A stretch of 63,967 nt of DNA, counting the filler, from a bacterium (GTDB lineage: Bacteria; JACRDZ01; JAQUKH01), in assembly GCA_028719205.1 (NCBI GenBank). It is 4 parts of 4 records of this genome, joined end to end, with 100 filler letters (N's around TTAATTAATTAA, not from the genome) between each part and the next. Parts side by side here need not be neighbours in the genome. Positions count along the whole stretch, not along the records: positions 36,100 to 53,110 come from JAQUKH010000043.1; 3 more parts are not named here. One strand, 5' to 3'. Within the stretch, counting starts at the first letter, position 1. Every line of letters begins with the position of its first letter. The notes beneath the pieces were generated by a model, which was not told the origin of the DNA, did not search any database, and saw only the letters and a list, made by a program, of their open reading frames with translations. A program made the translations under genes and the position numbers. Below, in pieces: positions 36,824 to 46,795 of this stretch.

Positions 36824-38598
36824 ACCATAGTAATTTTATCTACGAAAATAAAACAAAAAATTATGACCAGAAGACGATCAGACGGCTGGTTAAATATCTT
36901 TTCCCCCAAAAATATTATATTTTTCTCGCGCTCCTGATCCTGACGGCAAACTCTTTATTACTGCTTGTTAATCCCTATCTTTTTAAGATAGCGATTGATT
37001 CATATATTATCCCGGGGAAACTGACAGGACTTAATAAGATCGCGCTGGTGTATCTTTTAGTCCTTTTGCTTTCTTTCATCATCCGTTATTTCCAGGTTTA
37101 CCTGAATGAGTTTATAGGCCAAAGGACTATCCACCAACTGCGCATGGAAATATTCCGGCATCTTTTAAAACTGCCTCTTTCCTTTTACGAACAAAAGCCG
37201 GTTGGGAGATTAATGACAAGCCTGACAACAGACATGGAAGTCCTTAATGAACTTTTTACTTCAGGCCTTCTCATGACCATAAACGATATTTTAATGCTTT
37301 TGGGGATAATTATTGCAATGCTTTTTTTAAGCCCGAAACTTGCCCTTGTAACTTTCAGCGTACTGCCTTTTTTGATCATCGCTACCTATTTTTTCCGTAA
37401 AAAATCAACCATAAGCTTCCGTAAGATCAGAAGCAAGATATCAGCGATCAACGCTTATCTTCAGGAAAATATAAGCGGGATCAAGATCATAAAACTTTTT
37501 AACCGGGAAGAACATAATTTCCGGAAATTCAGCAAGCTGAATACCGAGCACCGCGACGCTTATCTCGATACGATCTTTTATTATTCTGTTTTTTATCCCA
37601 TCGTGGAATTTATAAGCGCCCTTGGCGTTGCCCTTATTATCTTGTATGGCGGAACCCAGACACTGAAGAACGCTATTCCTTTGGGAATCCTTATCGCCTT
37701 CCTTCAATATTTGGACAGGTTCTTCAGGCCGATCGAGGACCTGAGTGAAAAATATAATATTTTTCTTTCCGCGGTCGTTTCTGGCGAACGGATCTTCAGC
37801 CTCCTTGATACGCCTGACACGCTCCCCGATCCGAAAGATCCGGTGGAACTTAAAAACTTTAATACAGCTATAACCTTCAAAAATGTTTATTTCTCTTATA
37901 AAGATAATCCAGAAGAGCAGGATTATATATTGAAAAATATAAATCTTACAATAAAGAAGGGTGAGAAATTAGCCATTGTCGGCGCGACAGGCGCGGGAAA
38001 AACATCTTTGATAAATATTATTACCCGTTCCTATGAGATCCAAAAAGGGGAGATCCTTATCGACGGGGTACCGGTTAACCTTGTTAATAAAAAAGATCTG
38101 CAGAGCCTTTTCGCGCTTATCCAGCAGGACTTTTTTCTCTTTACCGGAAGCTTTAAGGATAATATTTCCCTGAATGATAAAGCAATTAATATTGATAAAA
38201 TAAAAGAGTCCGCGCGCCTTTCCAAAGCAGATACCTTTATTGAAAAATATGAAAAACAATATGACCAGAATGTTTTTGAACGGGGGGCGATCCTTTCTAC
38301 CGGGCAAAAACAGCTTTTATCTTTTGCCCGCGCGATCGCGTTCGGCCGGCCGATCCTGTTAATGGATGAAGCTACATCAAACGTTGACCTGGGAACCGAA
38401 AAACTGATCCAGGAAGGATTAAAAAATCTGTTTAAAAATAAAACAGCCATTATAATAGCCCACCGCCTCTCAACCATACGCGACGCCGACCGCATTATAG
38501 TCCTTCACAAAGGCGAGATCCGTGAGGAAGGAACTCATGATGAGTTATTGAAAAAACAGGGAATATATCACAAGTTATACCAGATGCAGTTCAGGTAA
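36820..38598 (+). CDS. ABC exporter subunit (MdlB-like)
   Basis: TMD plus GATGAGKT, LSTGQKQ, MDEATS; heterodimeric exporter pair. Confidence 0.92.
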   Translation: MNHSNFIYENKTKNYDQKTIRRLVKYLFPQKYYIFLALLILTANSLLLLVNPYLFKIAIDSYIIPGKLTGLNKIALVYLLVLLLSFIIRYFQVYLNEFIGQRTIHQLRMEIFRHLLKLPLSFYEQKPVGRLMTSLTTDMEVLNELFTSGLLMTINDILMLLGIIIAMLFLSPKLALVTFSVLPFLIIATYFFRKKSTISFRKIRSKISAINAYLQENISGIKIIKLFNREEHNFRKFSKLNTEHRDAYLDTIFYYSVFYPIVEFISALGVALIILYGGTQTLKNAIPLGILIAFLQYLDRFFRPIEDLSEKYNIFLSAVVSGERIFSLLDTPDTLPDPKDPVELKNFNTAITFKNVYFSYKDNPEEQDYILKNINLTIKKGEKLAIVGATGAGKTSLINIITRSYEIQKGEILIDGVPVNLVNKKDLQSLFALIQQDFFLFTGSFKDNISLNDKAINIDKIKESARLSKADTFIEKYEKQYDQNVFERGAILSTGQKQLLSFARAIAFGRPILLMDEATSNVDLGTEKLIQEGLKNLFKNKTAIIIAHRLSTIRDADRIIVLHKGEIREEGTHDELLKKQGIYHKLYQMQFR

Positions 38599-38667
38599 AA
38601 TACTTTGTTTAGAGTGTCCATCTTTCTTTTACTCGACAGAACAATAGAAAAGTTATAGAATATCCTG

Positions 38668-39909
38668 ATGACAGATAGATCTATTGAAGCTTCTATAGTC
38701 AAACCATTTTACATTATTAAAAAACAGGGCGTATATTTATTTCTTGCCTGGACCCTAATCGCTTTTTCCTCTTTAGCTATAAATCTCTACATTAACCATA
38801 AAACAACGATTAACGCGGCCGCTGACACAGCAAGAACACATTATGAAATTAATATTACATACAGATTACTGATCGCTGACTTAGGGGGTGTATATGGACT
38901 TACCGATAATGTAGCTCCGAATCCCCACCTTTTAGTCCCAAACAGGGATATAATTACAATAAACGGCGAACATCTGACGCTTATTAATCCGGCATATTTT
39001 ACAAGAATGGTTTTTGATAAGATCAAGGCATCATCCCCTCTTCCGTTATTAAACAGAATTACAAGCCTAAAACCCCTTAATCCAAATAATAAGCCTGATG
39101 AGTGGGAAAAGGAAGGATTGCTTGCTTTTGAAAAAGGCCAAAAAGAAGTAGCCGAGATCACAAAGATTTATGACGAACCATATTTCAGGCTGATGAAGCC
39201 CTTTATTACTGAACAAAGCTGTTTGAAATGCCATGAAAAACAGGGGTATAAAATAGGAGATATCCGCGGGGGAATAAGCATAGCTGTCCCGTTAAAACCA
39301 TTTTATGAAAATGAGTCAAAAGAAAGAACTATTATTATAATTACCCACTTGTTATTATGGTTTTTAGTAAGCGGAAGCATTTTTGCATTTACCAATATAT
39401 CGGCAAAAAACGCGGAAACTTATGAACAGACAAAAGATATGTCCCTGCATGACCACCTTACCGGGCTCGCGAACAGGCGCCTTATGGAAATTGAACTTGA
39501 AATCTTTTTCGCGAAAGCAAAAAGATATAATAATAAATTGTCAGCAATTATGTTAGATATAGATCATTTTAAAAAGTTTAACGATACCTACGGACACGAG
39601 GCGGGAGACAAAGCACTTTCCATAATTGCTGAAATAATTGAAATGGAAGTCAGGGAAACAGATCTCGCGATAAGGTATGGCGGTGAGGAATTCTTAATTC
39701 TTTTACCGCAAACCGGATTGACAGAAACAATTGAAGCAGCTGAAAGAATAAAGAAAGCGGTTAATTTACAAACAAAATATACGGTAAGCTTAGGCGTTTC
39801 AACTTATAATAAAGATATGCAGCAAAAAGAAGATATAATAAAAAAGGCTGATGACGCGTTATATTTGGCTAAAAACAAAGGCAGAAACCGTATCGAAGTA
39901 ATTACATAA
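38668..39909 (+). CDS. Diguanylate cyclase with periplasmic c-heme sensor (DUF3365-like)
   Basis: SLKPLNP.N.PDEWE, SCLKCH..QGY..GDIRGGIS; RETD I-site, RYGGEEF. Confidence 0.9.
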   Translation: MTDRSIEASIVKPFYIIKKQGVYLFLAWTLIAFSSLAINLYINHKTTINAAADTARTHYEINITYRLLIADLGGVYGLTDNVAPNPHLLVPNRDIITINGEHLTLINPAYFTRMVFDKIKASSPLPLLNRITSLKPLNPNNKPDEWEKEGLLAFEKGQKEVAEITKIYDEPYFRLMKPFITEQSCLKCHEKQGYKIGDIRGGISIAVPLKPFYENESKERTIIIITHLLLWFLVSGSIFAFTNISAKNAETYEQTKDMSLHDHLTGLANRRLMEIELEIFFAKAKRYNNKLSAIMLDIDHFKKFNDTYGHEAGDKALSIIAEIIEMEVRETDLAIRYGGEEFLILLPQTGLTETIEAAERIKKAVNLQTKYTVSLGVSTYNKDMQQKEDIIKKADDALYLAKNKGRNRIEVIT

Positions 39910-39998
39910 CCCTTTATAACTTAATAATTTTCCCTCCACCATTTAAACTTATTGTTTAATATACCGAAAAGAAACATAGCAATTAAAATTAAATAAAA

Positions 39999-41306
39999 AT
40001 GGATTTAATTTATTTTTACTTTCAAAATAATTTAGACGCTGTGTTCCTTATTTACGGCCTGGCTTTTTTAGTAATGGGTATTGTAATCCTGGTCCAGCCA
40101 AGGGAAAAAAGCGAGTTTGAGATCGCGAATATATTATGGCTTCTGGCATTATTCGGCATAACACACGGCGCGAATGAATTAATGGATATGTGGGCTATAA
40201 TTAAAGGGAGGAACCATACGTCGGATATAATCCGCTGGTTCATGCTGGCGATTTCTTTTGTTTTCTTATTTGAATTCGGAAGGCGATTGTTTCAGCTGGC
40301 AGCGTCAAACACAAATTTATTTTATAAAAAAATTTCAACACTGCTGGGCTGGTGGGTAACACCTTTAGTAATTTGTTTTATTCTGATTGCTGGTTTTGTG
40401 TCTCCTGACTTCTGGGCAACAGGCACCATTTGGACAAGATACCTTCTCGGTTTTCCCGGCGGAATATTGATCGGTTCAGGATTATTTTTGTATTATGAAC
40501 ACAAAAAAGAAATTTTAGATCCGCTGGGAGTAAAAAAATATTTTAGAATAATTAGTGTGTCTTTTTTCATTTATGGCATTCTTGGAGGATTTATTGTACC
40601 TAAAGGGATCTTTTTCCCTTCTAATTATATAAACACCGATTCATTCATAAACCTGGCTCACATACCTGTCCAGGTATTCCGGGCTATATGCGCTATAACT
40701 GTCGCGTGGGGTGTAAGCGGCATGCTTAAAATTTTCAACTGGGAAATAAGGACTAAACTTGAGGAAGCGCAAACATTGTTAAAACAACAGTTAAAAGAAA
40801 TTGAAAAAAGTTATATGGAAGTTGTTAAAAACTCCTCCGATATGATCTATTTTATAGATACTGATAATCATATTATCCACTCAAATAAACAGGGGCATGA
40901 ATTGCCTGGCTATTTAAAAACCGAACTTATAGGTAAATCTTTCAAAGAACTGTGCACTTCTGAATTATGGAAAGATATTGAAGATTGCCTGGAAAAACTT
41001 AAACGGGAAGGAACTTTTTTAATCGACAAGGGAAATATAATAAAGAAAGATAGTGATAAACTTGACATCTCGATCCATTTGGTCGCTGTGTATGATATCC
41101 TGAAAAATTATACAGGGGCAAGAGTAATAATCAGGGATATAACAAAGAAGGTTAAACTCAAAGAAGAACATATGAAAAAAGTAAAAGAACTGGAAGACTT
41201 TTATGAAATGGCTATTGGCAGGGAGCTTAAAATGTTAGAACTAAAAGAGGAAGTGAATAAACTTAACAGAGAATTAAAAAATATTAAAAATGAAAAACAA
41301 ATTTAG
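39999..41306 (+). CDS. Multi-TM sensor plus PAS plus C-terminal coiled coil, no output domain
   Basis: About 7 TM (LALFGITHG..E), PAS, ends ELEDFYEMAIGRELKMLELKEEVN. Confidence 0.75.
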   Translation: MDLIYFYFQNNLDAVFLIYGLAFLVMGIVILVQPREKSEFEIANILWLLALFGITHGANELMDMWAIIKGRNHTSDIIRWFMLAISFVFLFEFGRRLFQLAASNTNLFYKKISTLLGWWVTPLVICFILIAGFVSPDFWATGTIWTRYLLGFPGGILIGSGLFLYYEHKKEILDPLGVKKYFRIISVSFFIYGILGGFIVPKGIFFPSNYINTDSFINLAHIPVQVFRAICAITVAWGVSGMLKIFNWEIRTKLEEAQTLLKQQLKEIEKSYMEVVKNSSDMIYFIDTDNHIIHSNKQGHELPGYLKTELIGKSFKELCTSELWKDIEDCLEKLKREGTFLIDKGNIIKKDSDKLDISIHLVAVYDILKNYTGARVIIRDITKKVKLKEEHMKKVKELEDFYEMAIGRELKMLELKEEVNKLNRELKNIKNEKQI

Positions 41307-42534
41307 TTTTTTTATCGGCGTTTTCGGCTGGCTGTTGTTCATAGCATATTTAGCTTATGACTATAATGAGCATAAACAGAATTTATTCCAACACCTGCTT
41401 TCAACAAATTCTTTTTCCGAATATTTTTTGCATTTCCTGATTTTAATAACACCTCTTGGATCAACCTTAACAGCTTATATGATAAATGACAGGAAAAAAC
41501 TGCTTGATAAGACACAACGATCTGAAAAACACCTGGAACACGCGGCCAATGAATGGAAAACAACATTTGACTCTATGCCTTACGGTGTTATGCTCATTGA
41601 TAATGAATATAAAATTGTCAGAACAAATAAATATATTTCAGATCTCTATAAAATACCGATAAAAGAATTAATTTCCCAAAAATGTTATCAGGCCCTTCAT
41701 AAAAAAGGCAGTCCTGTTGAAGATTGCCCTTTAGAAAAATCAATTAAGACCCAGAAGGCGGAAACATACGAATATTTTAATTCGGTTTTTAATAAATATT
41801 TAAAGATAACTGTTACACCTGTATTTGGCGAAGGGCGGGACCCAATTGCCTTTGTCCACCTGATAATCGATAATACAGAAGTTAAACAACAGGAAAATAA
41901 ACTCATTGACAGCAGGAATGCTTTTTTCAATATGCTTAAAGATACCGACAACGCCCATAATGAGTTGAAAGAGTTACATCAGGACCTTATTATTGCTTTC
42001 GCGAATGCCATTGACGCGAAAAGCCACTGGACAGAGGGGCATTCTATAGGTGTTGCCAGATATGCCGTTACCATCGCCAAAGAAATGGGAATAAATGAAA
42101 CCGAGATAGACGTCCTTAATACTGCCGCGCTTTTGCATGATATCGGAAAAATAGGCACGTTTGATGGAATACTTGATAAAAAAGGCACGCTGACCGAAGA
42201 AGAATACGGCCAGATAATGAAACATCCCGTTCAAGGTGAAAAAATATTAAAACCAATAAAGGGATTAAATAATGTGGTATCCATAATAAGGTCGCATCAT
42301 GAAAAGGTTGATGGAAAAGGTTATCCGGATAACCTGACAGGTGAAAAAATCCCCCTGCTTTCAAAAATACTATGTGTCGCTGATTCCTTTGATTCAATGG
42401 TATCTGAAAGGCCCTATCGCCCTTCAGTCAGCAAAAAAGACGCTATATCAGAAATAAAAAGATGTTCCGGAACACAATTTGACCCTAAGGTTGTTGAAAC
42501 ACTTTTGAATCTGGTAGAAAAAGAAAAGATATAA
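41290..42534 (+). CDS. PAS / HD-GYP cyclic-dinucleotide phosphodiesterase
   Basis: EWKTTFDSM, LLHDIGK, HHEKVDGKGYP, GTQFDP. Confidence 0.92.
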   Translation: MKNKFSFFIGVFGWLLFIAYLAYDYNEHKQNLFQHLLSTNSFSEYFLHFLILITPLGSTLTAYMINDRKKLLDKTQRSEKHLEHAANEWKTTFDSMPYGVMLIDNEYKIVRTNKYISDLYKIPIKELISQKCYQALHKKGSPVEDCPLEKSIKTQKAETYEYFNSVFNKYLKITVTPVFGEGRDPIAFVHLIIDNTEVKQQENKLIDSRNAFFNMLKDTDNAHNELKELHQDLIIAFANAIDAKSHWTEGHSIGVARYAVTIAKEMGINETEIDVLNTAALLHDIGKIGTFDGILDKKGTLTEEEYGQIMKHPVQGEKILKPIKGLNNVVSIIRSHHEKVDGKGYPDNLTGEKIPLLSKILCVADSFDSMVSERPYRPSVSKKDAISEIKRCSGTQFDPKVVETLLNLVEKEKI

Positions 42535-42560
42535 ACTTAAGGGGATAATAATTTTGAAGA

Positions 42561-43652
42561 TCAAAGAGGCAGTAATTTTTTCTTCTTTTGATAAACAGGC
42601 CAGGAATAATGTCCCGAGGCGTTCCACGCGAGCCATCCCATTGCCCCCGTATCGTTCACCGCTTTTATCTGTAAAAGGACATATTGCCCGTTAAATATAT
42701 TATCTACACGGTACGGAAAATCCTGGATCCACGGCCTGACTTTCGCCTTTGTTAACATTGCCTTAACCAATGTTTTTTCTGTAAAATATTTCATTGCTTC
42801 ATAGGGATGCAGCCTTGGACAATTTAGATTTGAAAATTCATCTGCGATATGAGAAGGATAATTCATCGGGCATATAAAATCTAAAAATTCAGACATATGA
42901 TCCACCCGCTGGCCAAGCATCTCTATATCTTCCTGTTTATTCATACTCGCTATTCCAAACACATCAGCTGAAATTTTTACAGAATTATTATATGATTTTA
43001 TATCCTTATAAACATATTCCAAAAATCCCTCGATTGCCTCATATGGCTTGCAGGAATTATCAGCTCTTTTATAAAGACCCTTATCTCCCGGATTCGGGAA
43101 GCGGATATAATCAAAATTTATTTCATCAAAGCCAAAGCTGATCAATTCCTTTATTATGGAAAGGTTATATTTCCAAACCATCGGGTGGTAGGGTTTTGTC
43201 CAATTACCTTCTTTAGACAACGCCCATTCCGGCTGTCCTTTTGCTAAAATAGTGTCCTGAAAAATCACAACGCGGGCGATAGTATAAATCCCGCGCTCGT
43301 GAAATTCCTGTACTAATTGTTTTACATTTTTAATTGCCGGCCTGCACGCGCCTATCTTTTGCGCCAGTTTTACATTACTGGCGTAAGGCAGCATGCCATC
43401 CTCTGTCTTCATCGCGATCACAATAGTATTCAAATTCGATTGTTTATAATGATCTAAAATCTCTTTTGTTTTTTCAGCGGAAGAAAAGCACCACGGGGTA
43501 AAGTGTAAACCTCTGAGATTATTTTTGGGGATTATGTTTTCTTCATTATCCTGAGAAACATATCTTAACGGGGAACGGGCAAAAACCGAAAATATGAACA
43601 TCTGGGACACAACGAAGACCAGTAAGGCTTGATATATAGTTCTTAACTTCAT
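42561..43652 (-). CDS. Putative glycoside hydrolase (DUF4015-like)
   Basis: GIYTIARVVIFQD, GFDEINFDYIRFP, PMNYPSH, RPWIQDF, WNASGHY. Confidence 0.8.
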   Translation of the reverse strand: MKLRTIYQALLVFVVSQMFIFSVFARSPLRYVSQDNEENIIPKNNLRGLHFTPWCFSSAEKTKEILDHYKQSNLNTIVIAMKTEDGMLPYASNVKLAQKIGACRPAIKNVKQLVQEFHERGIYTIARVVIFQDTILAKGQPEWALSKEGNWTKPYHPMVWKYNLSIIKELISFGFDEINFDYIRFPNPGDKGLYKRADNSCKPYEAIEGFLEYVYKDIKSYNNSVKISADVFGIASMNKQEDIEMLGQRVDHMSEFLDFICPMNYPSHIADEFSNLNCPRLHPYEAMKYFTEKTLVKAMLTKAKVRPWIQDFPYRVDNIFNGQYVLLQIKAVNDTGAMGWLAWNASGHYSWPVYQKKKKLLPL

Positions 43653-43765
43653 GATTTCCTTCTCCCAACTGTTATATATGCCTGTTTAACCAATTCGTCA
43701 TAATTATAAAAATACTTTATTTTTTTGTTCTGATGGAATATAATGAAAATTAAAAAGGCGAAACT

Positions 43766-44308
43766 ATGGCATGGATAATTTTTAACGGGAATAAAATATT
43801 AAAAAGCGGCAAGTTCAAGCTAAAACGCGATGAAAAAATCATCGGGCAGGATATTATTCTGGAACGCTCAAAAATCCCGAAGATCTTCAAAAACCATCTT
43901 AAATACTATGCCCTTCCATTTCAAACGCCGTCTGTAGCGGTGGATATTCTTATTAAAGGAAAGGATAATTCTTTCATAATGATCAAAAGGAAGAATCCGC
44001 CTTACAAAAACTACTGGGCCCTGCCGGGAGGATTTGTTGATGTCTTTGAAACCGTGGAAGAGGCTGCGGTTCGTGAGGCAAAGGAAGAAACCTGCCTGGA
44101 TGTAAAGCTTGAAAAGATCATAGGTGTATATTCGGGGCCAAAAAGAGACCCGCGCCGCCATGTCGTTGCAATTCTTTTCCTGGCAAAAGCAGTTGGCGGT
44201 ATTTTAAAAGGCGCGGATGACGCGAGTGAGGCCATTGCGTTCACAAAACCGCCAAAAAGAATCGCGTTCGACCACAGAAAAATGTTAAAAGACGCTGGAA
44301 TATTTTAA
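43766..44308 (+). CDS. NUDIX hydrolase
   Basis: WALPGGFV...ETVEEAAVREAKEET, RDPR, AFDH. Confidence 0.9.
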   Translation: MAWIIFNGNKILKSGKFKLKRDEKIIGQDIILERSKIPKIFKNHLKYYALPFQTPSVAVDILIKGKDNSFIMIKRKNPPYKNYWALPGGFVDVFETVEEAAVREAKEETCLDVKLEKIIGVYSGPKRDPRRHVVAILFLAKAVGGILKGADDASEAIAFTKPPKRIAFDHRKMLKDAGIF

Positions 44309-44329
44309 GTATTTTTTAGGGATATTACT

Positions 44330-45163
44330 TCAAAACGGCAGTTGTCTCTTTTTTCTTTTCCCAAATACTCCAATGCCGGCCAGTACGGATCCGAGGAGAA
44401 GTATTGTACAGGGCTCGGGTACAGCATGCGCGATTGCACTACCGCTACCCGGCAAAGTAAGGCCCGGTGTTACATTATCTGTAGGTATCCACGGTAGAAG
44501 CAGGTCATAAGTCACCCAATCAGCATCAAACCTATCACGCCGTGTCGGGCTATCAACATCCCCGAAATCAAAAGGAATTGTCGTCAGTCCGGGCCCAGAC
44601 TGATAACCCGGATTTATTACATATTCAACATGGCCGGAACTCGTTGGAAAACCAGTCCATGTGCCAAGGTCAGTCAGGTAAACCCTCTCTACATCGTTTG
44701 TTGTGGTCACAGAGCCTGAAAATCCGGTCGTTACCTTACCCCAAACACCTTTCGGAATACCCGGAGTAAAATATCCCTGTACGCGAAGATAATCTCCCGC
44801 AGACCCTGACGGTGGATTGTTGGTATCACAGGTCATCGTGAAGTCAGTAAGTTCAACCCCGAATCCTCCGGAAGATGTTCCAGGCACATAAATAGCGGTA
44901 CCCTGATAATGCCGCCATCCAACGACGTCACTCATGACCCAATGGTCAAACGTCAGTATCCCGTCAGCCGGGTTTAAATCATTGCTGTCCTGATCGTTTA
45001 TAAAGAAACTTTCAGTTGTAAAATCGACAGTCAAATTAGAGGCAAATACAGAATTCCCCAAAGTTCCTGCCAAGGCAAGAACTGATATGAAAAGTAATGA
45101 CATGAAGCTATGCTGAAATGGACTAATTGTTATTGAATGACGCAGGCCGGAAAATGTTTTCAT
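44330..45163 (-). CDS. PEP-CTERM surface protein
   Basis: Signal peptide; VPEPCTILLLGSVLAGIGVFGKRKKR. Confidence 0.88.
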   Translation of the reverse strand: MKTFSGLRHSITISPFQHSFMSLLFISVLALAGTLGNSVFASNLTVDFTTESFFINDQDSNDLNPADGILTFDHWVMSDVVGWRHYQGTAIYVPGTSSGGFGVELTDFTMTCDTNNPPSGSAGDYLRVQGYFTPGIPKGVWGKVTTGFSGSVTTTNDVERVYLTDLGTWTGFPTSSGHVEYVINPGYQSGPGLTTIPFDFGDVDSPTRRDRFDADWVTYDLLLPWIPTDNVTPGLTLPGSGSAIAHAVPEPCTILLLGSVLAGIGVFGKRKKRQLPF

Positions 45164-45362
45164 GATTCACTCTCCTTTTATATATAACTTTTTATCCATT
45201 TTACTCACACTATTTCTTACGAACAGGTTAGGACAAATTATATAAAAAAGCAATGGCATAATTCCACTTTTTTCTGACTTTTTCCCACAATGGTTTGTTT
45301 ATTTTTAGTGTTTTTTTGACACAGGAAAGCGATCCGATACATGTTTTGGTTAGATCAAATTT

Positions 45363-45596
45363 TTAATACTTTAATGACTTTCCCATAGAAATTATGATAA
45401 CCCCCAATCTCTGTTCAGTTTCTACTCTTCGATGAGCTTCAGCGGCTTGCCCTAACGGATAAATTTTGTCAACGATTGATTTTATTTTTCCCTCTTCAAT
45501 CATTTTCTTGAGTGCAAGTAGTCCTTCCTCCTTTTCCCCGGCAAAAACAAAAATCGCTGTCTTACCGGTAAATTTAGACGTCAGAACAGACCTTAA
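45363..45596 (-). pseudogene. 3' fragment of an MDR alcohol dehydrogenase fused to a truncated attC
   Basis: LRSVLTSKFTGKTAIFVFAGEKEEGLLALKKMIEEGKIKSIVDKIYPLGQAAEAHRRVETEQRLG...*; no 5' part. Confidence 0.7.
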
Positions 45597-45638
45597 GCCG
45601 CGCCGCTATGCGGCGGCGGCTTCATTGATTCGTTAAAA
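45594..45638 (-). other. attC site truncated at L'
   Basis: TTTTAAC-GAATC-AATGAAGC-CGCCGCCGCATAGCGGCGCG-GCTTA| then ADH sequence. Confidence 0.75.
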
Positions 45639-45644
45639 CCTTAT

Positions 45645-46712
45645 TTACTCATTTTTTTTAATTTGTTTCATTGCTGATTTAATGAACTTGCCAAATTTAC
45701 GGTCCTTTTTACGTTTTTCAACATACGACATATTATTATATTCTGATTCCTTGATTAATTTCAAATAGCTTTGATACCTCTCTTCACTTAACTCTCCATT
45801 TTTAACCGCTGATAAAAGAGCACAACCGGTTTCTTGAGTGTGAGTACAATCAGTGAAACGGCAATTTTCAACCAATACTTGAATTTCTGAAAAGCTTTCG
45901 TTTATACCTTTGTCGGCATTAATAGTTCCTAATTCTCTCATTCCTGGTGTGTCGATTATCATCGCACCATTTTTAAGGATAATTAATTGGCGACGTGCTG
46001 TTGTATGTCTTCCTTTGCTATCTTTATTACGAATGGTATTAGTTTTAAAAAGGTCCTGACCAATCAACTTATTTAAAAGAGTAGTTTTCCCAACTCCTGA
46101 TGATCCAAGCAAACAATAGGTTTTCCCTGGTTCCAATACCTGACGAACTTGATCCAATCCAAAATTAGTGTTATTGCTCATCGCTATTATTTTACAATTA
46201 ATATTTGATCTTCTAACCTCAAAAATCATTTTATCTAATTTCTCAAGACTGACAAGATCAGCTTTAGTTAAAAGAAATATCGGTTCGATATTGCCTTCAT
46301 TTACCATTACAAGATACCGCTCAAGCCGGCGCAAATTGAAATTAGAATCACACGATTGAACAATGAATGCAAAATCAATGTTTGAGGCGATCATTTGATA
46401 ATCAATTTTTTTACCCGCTGATTTTCTTCGTAAAAATGATTTTCTTGGAAATATTTCTTGGATAATCGCAAAAGAATCCGAATCGTAATATTGCGCTAAA
46501 ACCCAATCTCCTACGCATGGAAAATCTGTGTTTGATTCCACATGAAAAGTGAAGCGCCCTGAAAGCTCAGCGAAAACTTCATTTTTCCCATTTCTTATCA
46601 AATAGCTATCACGATCAACTGCGGTTATTCGAGCAATATTTAAACCCGGATATTGTAAGTCTATTTTTTGATCAAGAAACCATTTGTCAAATCCCAAATC
46701 TTTTAATTCCAT
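45645..46712 (-). CDS. rsgA: Ribosome small subunit-dependent GTPase RsgA (gene cassette)
   Basis: VGDWV, TKADL, GSSGVGKTT, GRHTT, DTPG, CRFTDCTH..E.GC. Confidence 0.93.
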   Translation of the reverse strand: MELKDLGFDKWFLDQKIDLQYPGLNIARITAVDRDSYLIRNGKNEVFAELSGRFTFHVESNTDFPCVGDWVLAQYYDSDSFAIIQEIFPRKSFLRRKSAGKKIDYQMIASNIDFAFIVQSCDSNFNLRRLERYLVMVNEGNIEPIFLLTKADLVSLEKLDKMIFEVRRSNINCKIIAMSNNTNFGLDQVRQVLEPGKTYCLLGSSGVGKTTLLNKLIGQDLFKTNTIRNKDSKGRHTTARRQLIILKNGAMIIDTPGMRELGTINADKGINESFSEIQVLVENCRFTDCTHTQETGCALLSAVKNGELSEERYQSYLKLIKESEYNNMSYVEKRKKDRKFGKFIKSAMKQIKKNE

Positions 46713-46735
46713 GTATTTTATAAATATTATTTATA

Positions 46736-46795
46736 TTTTAACGTCAAAAATAAGCCGCGCCATTATGCGGCATCGGTTTCATTATTTTGTTAAAT
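46736..46795 (-). other. attC site
   Basis: ATTTAAC-AAAAT-AATGAAAC...GCTTATT-TTTGAC-GTTAAAA. Confidence 0.85.
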
